Assembly: GCA_002189035.1 (NCBI GenBank)
Contig: NEEC01000008.1
Location: 1,054,001-1,118,000, forward strand
Length of the DNA stretch: 64,000 nt
From: Utricularia gibba
Lineage: Eukaryota; Plantae; Magnoliophyta
Reading direction: 5' to 3'
Shown here: piece by piece, positions 1 to 11,563 of the stretch
Layout of the letters: the number at the start of each line of letters is the position of its first letter
How positions within the stretch are numbered: position 1 is the first letter of the stretch
Notes under the pieces: generated by a model
The model's input: the letters and a program-made list of their open reading frames with translations, nothing else
What the model was told of the DNA's origin: nothing
Databases searched by the model: none
Program-made: the position numbers and the translations under genes

Positions 1-413
1 ACAACATCAGGCTGCATATCAGAAAGCACCGACTTCAACTGGTCATCCACGAAAGCATCTGAGACAACACTCACCCCCTACGAAGCCATCACCACATATC
101 CCAGTTTAACACATTCTCCTCGAATGAAAAACAAATCGTTTTTAATCTTCTGTAGCAAACAACGACAGGGCACCTGAACGCCAAGAGTATTCTGAGCAGT
201 AACGGCGGTAATAACAGTGGAACAATATACTCCACGGGCAGCGCATGCCTTAAGGTCAGCCTGAATTCCGGCGCCGGCGCCTGAATCCGATCCGGCCACG
301 GTTAGAACGTGAGGGACGCGTACTCTGCGCATCACATCTGATGAAATACGCTCAGTTTTCTGCATATCTCCTAGGCTAAGAATCCTCGCAGTGTAAATCC
401 CAGTTTCCGCCAT
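1..413 (-). CDS. TH1: Thiamine biosynthetic bifunctional enzyme TH1 (HMP-P kinase/TMP synthase), 5' exons only; gene runs off the window start
   Basis: Exon 413-174 encodes MAETG...[50 protein letters not shown] donor at 173, AG acceptor at 79-78, next exon [26 protein letters not shown]. An in-frame stop upstream makes ATG 413 the first start. Confidence 0.93.
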
Positions 414-520
414 CGCCAAACGATACTCGCCAGGGAGGAAGAAGAAGATTCACTTCGCTGTCTGTCAGCGTCAGCTGAGTCGGCTCATTAGCCTTGAAAC
501 ACTGTAGCTAACTGCAGTTG

Positions 521-585
521 TTAATGGGCCTACTTTTGGAGGTATAATGGGCTTGAGCGTACCTTTTAAAGGCATGATGGGCCTG
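521..585. promoter_or_regulatory. Three site II (TGGGCY) elements in the shared TH1/MND1 divergent promoter
   Basis: TGGGCC 525-530, TGGGCT 548-553 and TGGGCC 578-583 lie between head-to-head start codons 413(-) and 708(+). Confidence 0.6.
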
Positions 586-707
586 TAAGTGGGAGTTGAA
601 ATTCGAACTGAAGGAGAGGGAAGAAGCATAACTTTCGAGGGAAATCTCAAATCAATCGATCGCCAGAAGAGAAAACGTTTTGCGCTCGTGTTTGATTCTC
701 GTAGAAC

Positions 708-2363
708 ATGGAGAAGAAAAAGGAGGTGAGTAAGATCCAGGTTTTAGAACATGTTTACGTCTCATTCTCAGCCGGTGAATGAAATGTGTTTGCTACACTC
801 GGTTTACTCTCATGCTCTAGGCTTTGCAGTTCGGCTGAAAATGTGCTTAGTAAGTTCTGAAAATTGGTTTCCGGAACTTAGATGTTTCATTGAGATGTCT
901 GTTACAGATTTTATCTAGAATTCGATGTTTGAAGTTCTGTTGTTTTTTCATCGTACCTCGGATTTCCTCAGTCCAGTGTTTTTGTCTTATTGACAGTCTA
1001 AGAAGAGAGGTCTCAGTTTGGATGAAAAGCGTGAGAAGATGCTTCAAATATTCTACGATACTCAGGATTTCTTCCTTGTAAGCATGTTGGGTTTGTTGGT
1101 GAAGGTTTTTATTCTGGGGAACAACTTGTTGTTCGTTAAGTTGCCATTGAAAAAAAAAACTTGTTGTTCGTTGAGATACACTACCGAGATATGATTATGT
1201 GTTTCACTTGCCATTGAAACTGTTTCTTTTTTTTTTTTTTCTTTTCTTTTAGCTAAAGGAGCTTGAGAAGTCAGGTCCTAAGAAAGGGGTAATAAGCCAG
1301 TCTGTAAAAGATGTAATCCAGAGTTTGGTTGATGATGACCTTGTTTCCAAAGACAAAATCGGAACGTCGGTGAGTTATGCCTAAGTAATGTTTTCCCTTG
1401 CTTAGAGAGACTGTTTTGTACACAGCTTTGCACACTTCATTAAACTTTGAAATTTCAGGTTTACTTTTGGAGCCTCCCCAGTTGTGCTGGTAACCAGGTG
1501 AGTTGGTGGTTTATGTCATATACAGGAAAAGGAATGGAACATAATTGCATATTTCGTTCTTCAGCTGAGAAACATACACAGGAAGCTAAGCTCTGATATC
1601 GAAAGTAGTAAAAGGCGATATACTGAACTTGTAGATCAGTGCAATGCTCTTAAGAAGGGCCGGGAGGAATCTGTAAGCAAGTTGTGGTCGAAACTCTTAC
1701 CATGATCTAACTGCAGTTTTTCTAATGTTTGTAGTGTTTTTCATTAGGAGGAACGAGATGCAGCCCTTGATGAGCTTAAAACTATCGAGGAAAAATATAA
1801 GAAGCTGAAGGTATAGTGCCACAAATCTTCATGAGATTGCCATTTTTTCATATTCATTGCCAAAGTACATTTTTCAGGCCGAACTCACTCAATACGCGGA
1901 CAACGATCCAGCTACCGTTGATGCAATGAGTTAAACGCCCCTCATCCTCACATTGACTTGCGATATCTAAGTTTCAGAGCTTAGTACTTTTCTATAACCA
2001 TTCCCAACTCTTACCAGGGGAAGCCATTGAAGTAGCTCATGCAGCAGCTAATCGATGGACAGGTTCACTTTTCTATGATATGTTTCCATTTCCTGATGGT
2101 TTCATTTACTTATAATCCTGTTTCTGAGCAGACAACATCTTCAGTCTCCGCCAATGGTGTTCAAACAACTTCCCTCAGGCTAAAGAGCAAATTGACAGCC
2201 TTTGCCACGAGGTTAGTACCTGAAAACGCTACATTTATGCCTATCAGGAGCCTCTTTAAAAAAACCAACATTCAAACAGGTCGGAATAACTGATGATCTG
2301 GACTACTTGGAACTTCCAGCAATCTCTTCCAAGGAGGATGAGATTGTGGAAGCAAGCCCATAG
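708..2363 (+). CDS. MND1: Meiotic nuclear division protein 1 (multi-exon)
   Basis: Spliced exons read SKKRGLSLDEKREKMLQIFYDTQDFFL / LKELEKSGPKKGVISQSVKDVIQSLVDDDLVSKDKIGTS / VYFWSLPSCAGNQ ... AIEVAHAAANRWT / DNIFSLRQWCSNNFPQAKEQ / VGITDDLDYLEL..*. Stop at 2361-2363. The first micro-exon ATG..GAG (708-725, GTGAGT donor) is less certain. Confidence 0.93.
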
Positions 2364-3641
2364 ATGGCGGTGTCACACCCCCTACCAGTCGCCACTATTG
2401 AGGCTGTCTAATTTTTACCAGCTTCCCCCTGAGCATTGATAAGTAGATGACAACTAAAAGGAAAACATTTATTCACATGTTCCTTTTGGTAAACATATAA
2501 TAATAAGGTATTTATTGATGGGAAGATGTGTTCTCAAGACACACCACATGACACTTATTGACTCAAGCCCCATGCATACGGGTAATAGAAAATAGAATGA
2601 CCCTATTAGACAGCTAAGAGAGTCTGCGTGTAGGGAGAGCCTCTTTTGTGTTTTGCAACTTTCGGCACCCTCATAATAGAGAATTGCATTGGGTGATGTC
2701 AAATCTCATTGATGTCAAATAAGAGATGTAAAGGGTATTCTGGAAAATTTTTAAAAATTATTTATACTTTTAAGAAATAAAAATATTTTTGTTTTAGAAC
2801 ATTTTAATTATAAAAGTAATTCTATTAAAAACATTTTTAACATTATAATTATAAAAATTATTTTTTGAAAAAATAAATAATTAATTACTTTTAATTTTTA
2901 CATCTATTTTTTAAAATTATTTTAAAAAAGTAAAAATAGATTTTAAAAAAATTTTATTGCAGTTATAACTGCAACTTATCCGTCCTGTCCCCCCCTAAAC
3001 TGTGTAATGGCGGTACTCGTTTGTGATTTCATGCCAACAAATGCACCCTGAAACACCCAACCGTTACTCTTGCATTTCCCCCGTCTCACTCTTTGAAAAT
3101 CAAGCTTAAAGTCTCCGGCGGGGGCCTGGCGTTCAACCACAGAAGAGCAACCGTGTAATCTGCCCGGCGCCCAACCCGCCACGTAGCACCCTCTCACGCC
3201 ACACGATCCAATCTCCACTTCCCTTTCTTGTACATACATAAAATCTAAATAAGTAAATACATATGTATTTAATCTATTAATCGAATCTCAAGGGGCAACA
3301 ATCTAGTGTACATATACATTTTTTAGATATAGTCCTGAAGTGGAATCTCGGGGAGAGCAATCTACTCTACTTCTCATAGGCGTCAGCAAAAAGGAAACTA
3401 ATGAACTCTTTTGGAACATCGTATTTTGTTTTTTTATAAAGTATATTTGTAACATATTTTCTAATCTGTATTATGCGAATAAGTAATTTTTTTTAAAAAA
3501 TAGAAAACTCTTGGGGTCGTGGTTCAAGTATATAATAGCATGGAATTGGTTCATTCCATGGAGTGGAGTGTCCGGTGCAGGAACTGACAAGTTGGGACCG
3601 CCATACCATTTCATACCGCATTCACTTGGTCTGTCCGGAGG

Positions 3642-6600
3642 ATGAGGGTGGCGGTGGTGGGCGGCGGCGTCAGCGGACTCGGGGCGGCCCGCGTGCTGGC
3701 GGAAGGCGGGCAGGCGGTGGTGCTGTACGAGAAGGAGGAGTACGTCGGCGGGCATGCTCGCACCGTCACGGCGGAGGGCACCGACCTCGACCTCGGCTTC
3801 ATGGTCTTCAACCGGGTAAGCAGCAAGCCTTGGCATCATCTTATCTCCTCCTTATCTTCTTCCCCAGGCCACCTCATTTCCTCCTCTCCTTTCTCCTTCC
3901 AAATCTTTATTCTCTAATTTAATAACTAAAACCACATTCCCAATTTTTAACTTACACATTCCACTGCCCTTCACCCCATTCTGCTTCAGAACAATTACTC
4001 TTTCTAGAATATTCTAAAACTAGTTTTTTCTTCAAAAGAGAAATGTTCTTATTATTTTTAAGAAGTGGCAATTTATATTTCATTTCTATGGGTAGATATT
4101 TTTGAAATAATAGAAATAAGGAAACTTTTAGTTGTCCAACAATGCCCATTTCTATTTTTTTCATTATTTTCTATTTTGGTAACAATAAATAATCTCCCCG
4201 TAAGTATAGATAGGCGCAATTCACCGGTGTCTCAATTCTAAACAAGGAGAATATTTAGAAAATAATATTAATTTTAACTCCGAAATGTTATCCACAACTT
4301 TTTACTTTCTTTTTTGTAGTCAACTTGTGGCCAGGCTGTCACCCCGTGGTGGGCCAGGCTTAAGATTACTTGCCCATGTGAAGAATGCCGTCAAGCGTTT
4401 TTTTTGTTTAGTATTTTATAATTTTCCTAAAATCGAGTTGAAAATATGATTTTGTTTGGTTTTATTTTCAAGAAATATTTTTCGAAAGTATTTTTTTGTA
4501 AATACAAACTAAATATTTAAATGTATTTAAAAATACATTGGTTTGATTTGTACTCAAACTTTTATTTGGATTCTGATTTAAAACTCAAATAAATGTACCT
4601 AAACCTTCCATTCAAGAATTCTACTTACGATCCTTTAGATGAATATTGGATAAGTATATATGTTTATATATATATATATATATATATTAATAATTGAATT
4701 ATTCATATAATTTAAATATTCAATAAAACGGATTGTATTATAAAAACCTGAATATACTAATAAATCATTTTTTTACCGCTAAAACTTTGAATGAGGAGAG
4801 AGCTCAACGGCATTCCACCGGCGAATGAAATGAGATCTCCGGGGGCTTCTGAGATGCCAATCCTAGTGCTAATTTTGACGACGGTGGCAGGTGACGTATC
4901 CAAATATGATGGAACTTTTCGAGACGCTGGGGGTGGAGATGGAGCTTTCGGACATGTCATTCTCCGTCAGCTTGAATCAGGGACGGGGATGCGAATGGGG
5001 GAGTCGGAATGGTGTGTCTGGCTTGTTTGCACAGAAGAGGAACGTGTTTAATCCTTATTTCTGGAATATGATCAGGGAAATCGTGAAGTTCAAGGACGAT
5101 GTGCTCAGGTAACGTACCGGATTCGTGTAATGGTTTATATGGGTGGAGACAAGTGAGTATCGATCATTGTGTTGGTGTATTCAGTTATCTCGAGCAGCTT
5201 GAAGCGAATCCAGACATCGATAGGAATGAGACCCTTGGCCATTTCGTGAAATCGCGTGGTTACTCTGAGTTGTTTCAGAAGGCTTACCTTGTGAGTGCTT
5301 TGGATTTCTCTATGGATCCGGTCTTTGATTGCGTTCTGTTTTTTTAATATGTATTGTTTCATTGCTGTAAGATTCCCGTCTGTGCTTCGATCTGGTCTTG
5401 TTCGTCAGAAGGAGTAATGAGTTTCTCTGCTTATTCCATACTTTCATTCTGCAGAAATCACCATCTTTTGCAGGTAAACATCATCTTTTAAAAGTTTCCT
5501 TTAAACTTTCTCTAGTGTCGATTGAACTGATCAGTAATGTTATCAGTAGATCTTTGGCCGCCCCCAATGGCTTACTGTGAAGGAGCGATCACAGAGTTAT
5601 GTTAAGAAGGTGTCTTTCATTCGTATAGTGTGTTTTATTCTGGAAAGTTTATGATCAAACCTCATGTCGGTCATGCCCGCTGCAGGTTATAGAAGCGTTA
5701 GAGAGCAGAGGATGTCAATTAAGGACTAACTCTGAAGTGTGTTCTGTTTCAGCAAATGAAGAAGGTTAGTCTCATATTCCTTAATAATCCATTAGAACAT
5801 AGTTTTGTGTTCCCCTCAAACACTTTCTGGAAAATATAGCTCCCATCCTAACTGTATGTTACCCACATTGTGTTGGTAGTAGACTTTATCTTAGTGGTAG
5901 ATAATTGACGGAAGAAAATATTTTCAGGTTGTACTGTTACTTGTAAGGATGGCTCTGAAGATATGTATGACGGTTGCATAATTGCTACACATGCTCCAGA
6001 TGCCATCAAGTTACTTGGAGATCAGGCTACATTTGAGGAATTACGCATACTTGGTGCATTTCAGTATGCCTATAGGTGCTACATTTTTTTGTCACTCATG
6101 ACCCTTTTTTTCTAGATATGAATTGATCCAACGATACTCTTGCCATTACATCTTTTCTCATTTTGTAACGAAAGCATTCCTATTGGCAGTGATATTTTCC
6201 TTCATCGTGACAAAAAGTTTATGCCTAAAAATGAAGCAGCATGGAGTGCATGGAATTTTTTAGGATCTCTCAATGGAAATGTTTGTGTTACGTATTGGCT
6301 CAATATTCTTCAGGTCTTTGTCTTCTTTGACCAATTACTTGCGGTTGTAATTTCTCCAGTGTTGCATTCTCTCAATGTTCTTTGGATTTTTATTTCAGAA
6401 CATCAGTCATGAGGGACTTCCATTTCTGGTGACACTTAATCCACCTTCCACCCCTCAGAACGTGCTCTTAAAGTGGACTACAGGCCACCCGATTCCATCA
6501 GTTGGTGCATCAAAAGCTTCTTCTCAGTTAAGCCTCATCCAAGGAAAGAGAAGAATATGGTTTTGCGGCGCGTATCAAGGTCTGAGAGAAGCATTTATTT

Positions 6601-9211
6601 GCACTGTAGCTACATTCAGCGTGTTGAATACTTCTTAACGCAATTGCAGAAAATTTTCAGGCTATGGCTTTCATGAGGATGGGCTTAAGGTACTGTTTAG
6701 AGCTTGGTTGATTGTTTCAAATAGAAACACATTTTTTCATGCTGCTGATATTTTTGGTCAATCTTCTTAGGCAGGTATCCTTGCTGCAAATAGCTTTCTG
6801 AAGAAAGGCTGCGCACTTCGAATCAATCCCAAACACATGGTGCCTTCCTTGCTTGGAACTGGAGCACGTATTCTCGTTACACGGTTTCTTGAGAGCTTCA
6901 TAGCTACAGGCACTATAACGTCAGTTTATCATAACCTTTATATTTTGTGAATCTTCGTCACATTTAGGCTTTAGGAAATAAATAACTGATCTTGTATAAT
7001 GCTGAACTTCTATTTCCTAGTTTTTTGGAAGATGGAGGCACTATCTTCTCCTTTGAAGGTCCTGAGAAAAAGAGCCCCTTGAAGGTGACTTTAAGAGTTC
7101 ATTCTACGCAATTTTATCAAAAGGTAGAGCCAATAGAGATCAATTGACATGCACTCAAGCAAAAAGACAGGCTTTGTTTCTCTCTTTCACATGTGGTTTA
7201 TCACAATCTTAGATTGCAGTTGATGCCGACTTAGGATTGGCTGATTGTTATATACATGGGGACTTCTCTTTCGTTGACAAGGATAAGGGACTTCTTAATC
7301 TTTTCATGGTGAGATAAAAACATACAGTTAATCTTTCTTCTTCATCAATTGCTTTCGGTGTGCCTTGAATATCTGGTTTTGGTTTCAGATTTTTATTGCT
7401 AACAGAGACTTAAATACTTCAGCTGTCCAGAGAGGGTAAGTTGACCCCATGGCTTTTCTGGTGAAACTCACGTTGAGATAAACATAACCATCGTATGTAT
7501 AGGGGATGGTGGACACCATTGCTCTTAACTTCGGTGGTATCATCAGCAAAATTTTTCTTTCAGCATGTCTCAAGGCAAAACACAGTAAAACAGGCACGTA
7601 CTAACATATCGCGGCACTATGACCTTGTAAGTCGTTACCTCTTCATCATTACATGCCAATAGCTTTGGAGTTTTCAGTAGATCTAACTTTTCAGTGCTTG
7701 CATTCCTTTCAGAGCAATGAATTGTTTTCCCTGTTCTTGGATGAGACAATGACGTATTCATGTGCTGTATTCAAGGTTCCACTTTTAAGTCACATTAGCG
7801 TAGTAAAGAACCTGTATGATGTTTTCCTCATTAATCTCATTTAGTAATCCTTTCTTCTGGAAGAATGCTGAGGAAGACTTGAAGAGTGCCCAACAAAGGA
7901 AAATTTCTCTTCTGATCGAGAAGGTGAATAATGTTTTCTTTCGTCTGGACCTGTTTTATACATGATTGATCCTTCAAAATCTTGCATTCCTCGAATTTCA
8001 GTTGCAAATTGCCGAGGGCAACCATGTTCTAGAAATAGGATTTGGCTGGGGAAGTTTTGCAATTAACGTCGTGAAACAAACTGGCTGCAAATACACAGGC
8101 ATCACGCTATCAGAACAACAGCTAGAATATGCTCAAGCAAAGGCCAAGGAAGCTGGAGTGCAGGTTACACAATGTCTGCATTATTTATTCAACTGCACAT
8201 TTCCTTGTCTCTGATTCTTCATCTTTTTTGTTTTCTTTCAGGATCATGTACAATTCCTACTGTGCGACTATCGCCAGCTTCCTAAAACAGAAAAATATGA
8301 TAGAATAGTATCATGGCAAGTAAATGTTTTTTTTTTTTTACCTTATCAAGAGTAATCTAACTTGAAATTTTAATTTTCGTATCACTTCAACTGCAGTGAA
8401 ATGCTAGAAGCAGTGGGTCATGAGTTCATGGAAGAGTTTTTCACAAGCTGTGAATCCTTACTGGAAGAGGATGGTCTTCTTGTTCTTCAGGTCTATTTTA
8501 TAGTCATTGGTCGATAATGGATTTGAATGAAACACACATTCTTATGTTCTCTATCTTATTGCATTCCCACAGTTTATATCAATACCAGATATGAGATATG
8601 ACACATACAGGCGCAGCTCAGACTTCATCAAGGAGTATATATTCCCCGGAGGGTGCCTACCATCACTCAGTCGAGTAACCTCCGCTATGGCGGCTGCATC
8701 GAGATTTTGGTGAGTCTGATGATGTTTTCACGCATACTCAGCAGAAGGAAACGAACATACAATGCTGTGATTCATTGCAGTGTGATGCATCTTGAGGACA
8801 TTGGAATTCATTACTACCTGACACTTCGACGGTGGAGGGAGAACTTCCTCAAAAACCAGAAGTGAGAAACTTAGAGCTTATCTGATCTGAGCCAATGAGC
8901 CTTCCATGTTGCATCTTTTTTCCTTCTCCTGGATATAATAAGACTTAGTCCATTGCTTTCGGCAGGCAAATTCAGGCGCTGGGATTCGATGATAAGTTCA
9001 TCAGGACATGGGAATATTACTTTGACTATTGTGCTGCAGGATTCAAAACCTGCACTCTTGGAAACTACCAGGTAAACGAAATTTGTTTTTTCATGCCGAA
9101 TGGGCTCCTTTTGCTTGAAAATCTTGAACCTTGTCATCACCCCTGCAGATTGTATTCAGCAGACCTGGAAATGTCAAAGCATTTGGAGATCCATACAAAG
9201 GTGTTCATTGA
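3642..9211 (+). CDS. Cyclopropane fatty-acyl-phospholipid synthase-like protein: N-terminal FAD oxidoreductase fused to a SAM-dependent CFA-type methyltransferase
   Basis: Exon 1 (3642-3815) MRVAVVGGGVSGL (GxGxxG). Later exons TYPNMMELFETLGV, WFCGAYQGYGFHEDGLK, SNELFSLFLDETMTYSCAVFK, VLEIGFGWG (SAM motif), CEMLEAVGHEF, FIKEYIFPGGCLPSL and IVFSRPGN. All exons I traced stay in frame; stop TGA at 9209-9211. Confidence 0.93.
4665..4686. repeat. (TA)n microsatellite in intron 1 of the CFA-like gene
   Basis: About 11 TA units read directly from the sequence. Confidence 0.9.
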
Positions 9212-9483
9212 GAGTGCACTATTGATGTACTCGTGCACTAACCATTCAGAAATAAATACTTGTGTGATCGATGTAAGACATGGGCATGGTGGCCCTGCTT
9301 CAAACCAAAAACTGATTTCCAATTCCATTGAAATTCATCATTTCGTTCAAATGCCCTTGCTGGGTTTTGAGTCCAGACTTTCAAAGAGTTTGAGCTCTTG
9401 TTTTCTGTTTCTAAGCAAAAGAGGCATTGCGCATAAACAACTAGAGATAGTTTTCAGGCTTTCATCTATCCCAAGTGACACAC

Positions 9484-9512
9484 TGTGTGTGTATATATAT
9501 ATATATATATAT
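9484..9512. repeat. Compound (TG)4(TA)n microsatellite
   Basis: tgtgtgtg followed by about 10 TA units. Confidence 0.85.
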
Positions 9513-9677
9513 CTACACTAATGGCTGGCAGAAAATATATGAAATCATAAGCTGTATGACTCTGATTCTTGTGCTAAAACTGAAGTGAAGGAAGCTGACC
9601 CTACCAACATGAGCTTTGGCTGGTGAAAAACAAGCTTTCAGTCTCCGATCGCGCCGGAACCCATCAACGGTGCAGCT

Positions 9678-10462
9678 CTACATTATTCGACAGACACAAG
9701 AATCCGAATCCTCCTCATCTTCATCACTCACGTCACTGTAAATAAAAACACAACCGCAAGCTCCAAGATAAGTCTGACTCAGGAGATTTCCTTAAATTTG
9801 GCAATTGCAATGTACAATCACCTAACAGCTCCCAAGTGATTACGAAAACCAAGCTACATATCATGCACACAGGATCATCCAGTACACCTACTGCTTAAAA
9901 ATAAGCCAAACTTCACATGGAAGAATGCAATGTGTCCATAAAAGTGCTATCTTTGTAAGCAAAACAAACTAAAAAGGGTATTGTGTACATGGATATCTGA
10001 ACAGCCACTTAATACAAGAAAAAGAAAGTGCACAGCAAGTGTGAGGATGTAACATGGAACTGCTTTACTAAGAACAGAAAACATGTATCTTGCTGTTCTG
10101 ATACCAAACAGGAAAGTCTGTGACTAAGGATTAGAAAACCAGTAACACATTGCAATCAGCAAGAAGCAAACAAATCAAATCATCAATCACCTTGGTATGA
10201 ATTCAACTGTCTGTGTAAGTTTTTCTCCATTCCAATCTACCCACTGAACTTTCCTTTTTGATTTTTCGGGCGGTATAGAAAACGGATCCTTAATGGACGG
10301 CAACAATTGTTGGCGTGGTATAGAAAGCCGATTCTTGGTGGATGTTAGCAATGGTTGGGACTCATCATCAGCATCAATCTCCTGAAACACTACTGCCTTT
10401 GGAGATTGCAACCCCTTGTCTACAGAAGCTTCATTCTTGATGACTTTATGATTGATATCCAT
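9678..10462 (-). CDS. Small conserved plant protein (about 110 aa, two exons) with a KRKVQW motif and C-terminal acidic tract + CVCRIM
   Basis: Exon 1 (10462-10191) MDINHK...KSKRKVQWVDWNGEKLTQTVEFIP. GT donor at 10190, AG acceptor at 9737-9736. Exon 2 (9735-9678) SDVSDEDEEDSDSCVCRIM*. Splice phases match. Confidence 0.82.
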
Positions 10463-11563
10463 GACGATCAAGTAAAATCACAAAGCAAATAGCGTAAAAG
10501 ACATCATTTTCTTCCTGGGTAACTGCCATCCGGTATCCTCATCAAAACCCACAAGTGATTTCAGCACCGAGTGGATCAAAACTCAGGATCCCGGATCCCA
10601 CCCTGAAATCACCCTTGTATGAGATCAAAAACGGCAAATGTTTGGCCGACGAGGCGAATCCGAGAAAGCCCAGAAACGGAAGGAGGCTGTGGAAGATATA
10701 AAATCAGTCAACCAACCAAGGAAAAAAGATAATGGCGCCGCACGCTACGAATTGAAACGGGAAGATGAGAAATACTGGGAACACACTCTAACCAAAAAGC
10801 CTGACTTTTGAGGGTCGATTTAATTGGATCTTTCTCTTCCAATGACAATCTGCTTTTCCCTTCGATTTCTTTAAAAGTTGGTTGTCACATTTGGTATGGA
10901 TTTCGCCTCCCCTTTTTTTTTTGTTTGTTTCTCACAGGATCCACCAAACTTCTGCCAGTGGGCGGCCGCCCCCAGTTACTACATTTTTGTCGGAAATTCA
11001 AATAAAATATAACTCTTTTGAAACCTACTGATAATATTTAATATTGATTAAGAAGTAAATATATTTAAATGAAGACATTTTTCTACTTTTATATGAACTA
11101 TTTTTTGGGATGAAAATAATATAAAATTACATTTCATAACTAAAATAAATAATATCATATCATATCATAAAACACATGAGTTTTTATATTAATTTGATGT
11201 ATAATGTAAGATCACAGACTTTATGATAATATTACACATTAGTTACGAATGAATGAATATAAATATTTAAATAGAATAGTTATTCTAATCTTATATAATA
11301 CATTTTCTTTTAAAGTCAAGAGCATTAAAGTGTAAAAATTAAATGAATCATAATAATAAAAAAATATCTGGTTTCAGATAATTTGCTTCTCATTTCACTC
11401 AAATCAAAACAAAGCCTCTGAAATGTACAAGAACGCATCAGCAGCAGCATTAGGTAAGAAACCATTGTTGCTTCATGGGAAGAAAATGATGATTGCATCA
11501 TTTCAAGCACACAAACAGCCACATCCCTCCCTCATCCTTCTCTCCCACCAACACACAAACCAA

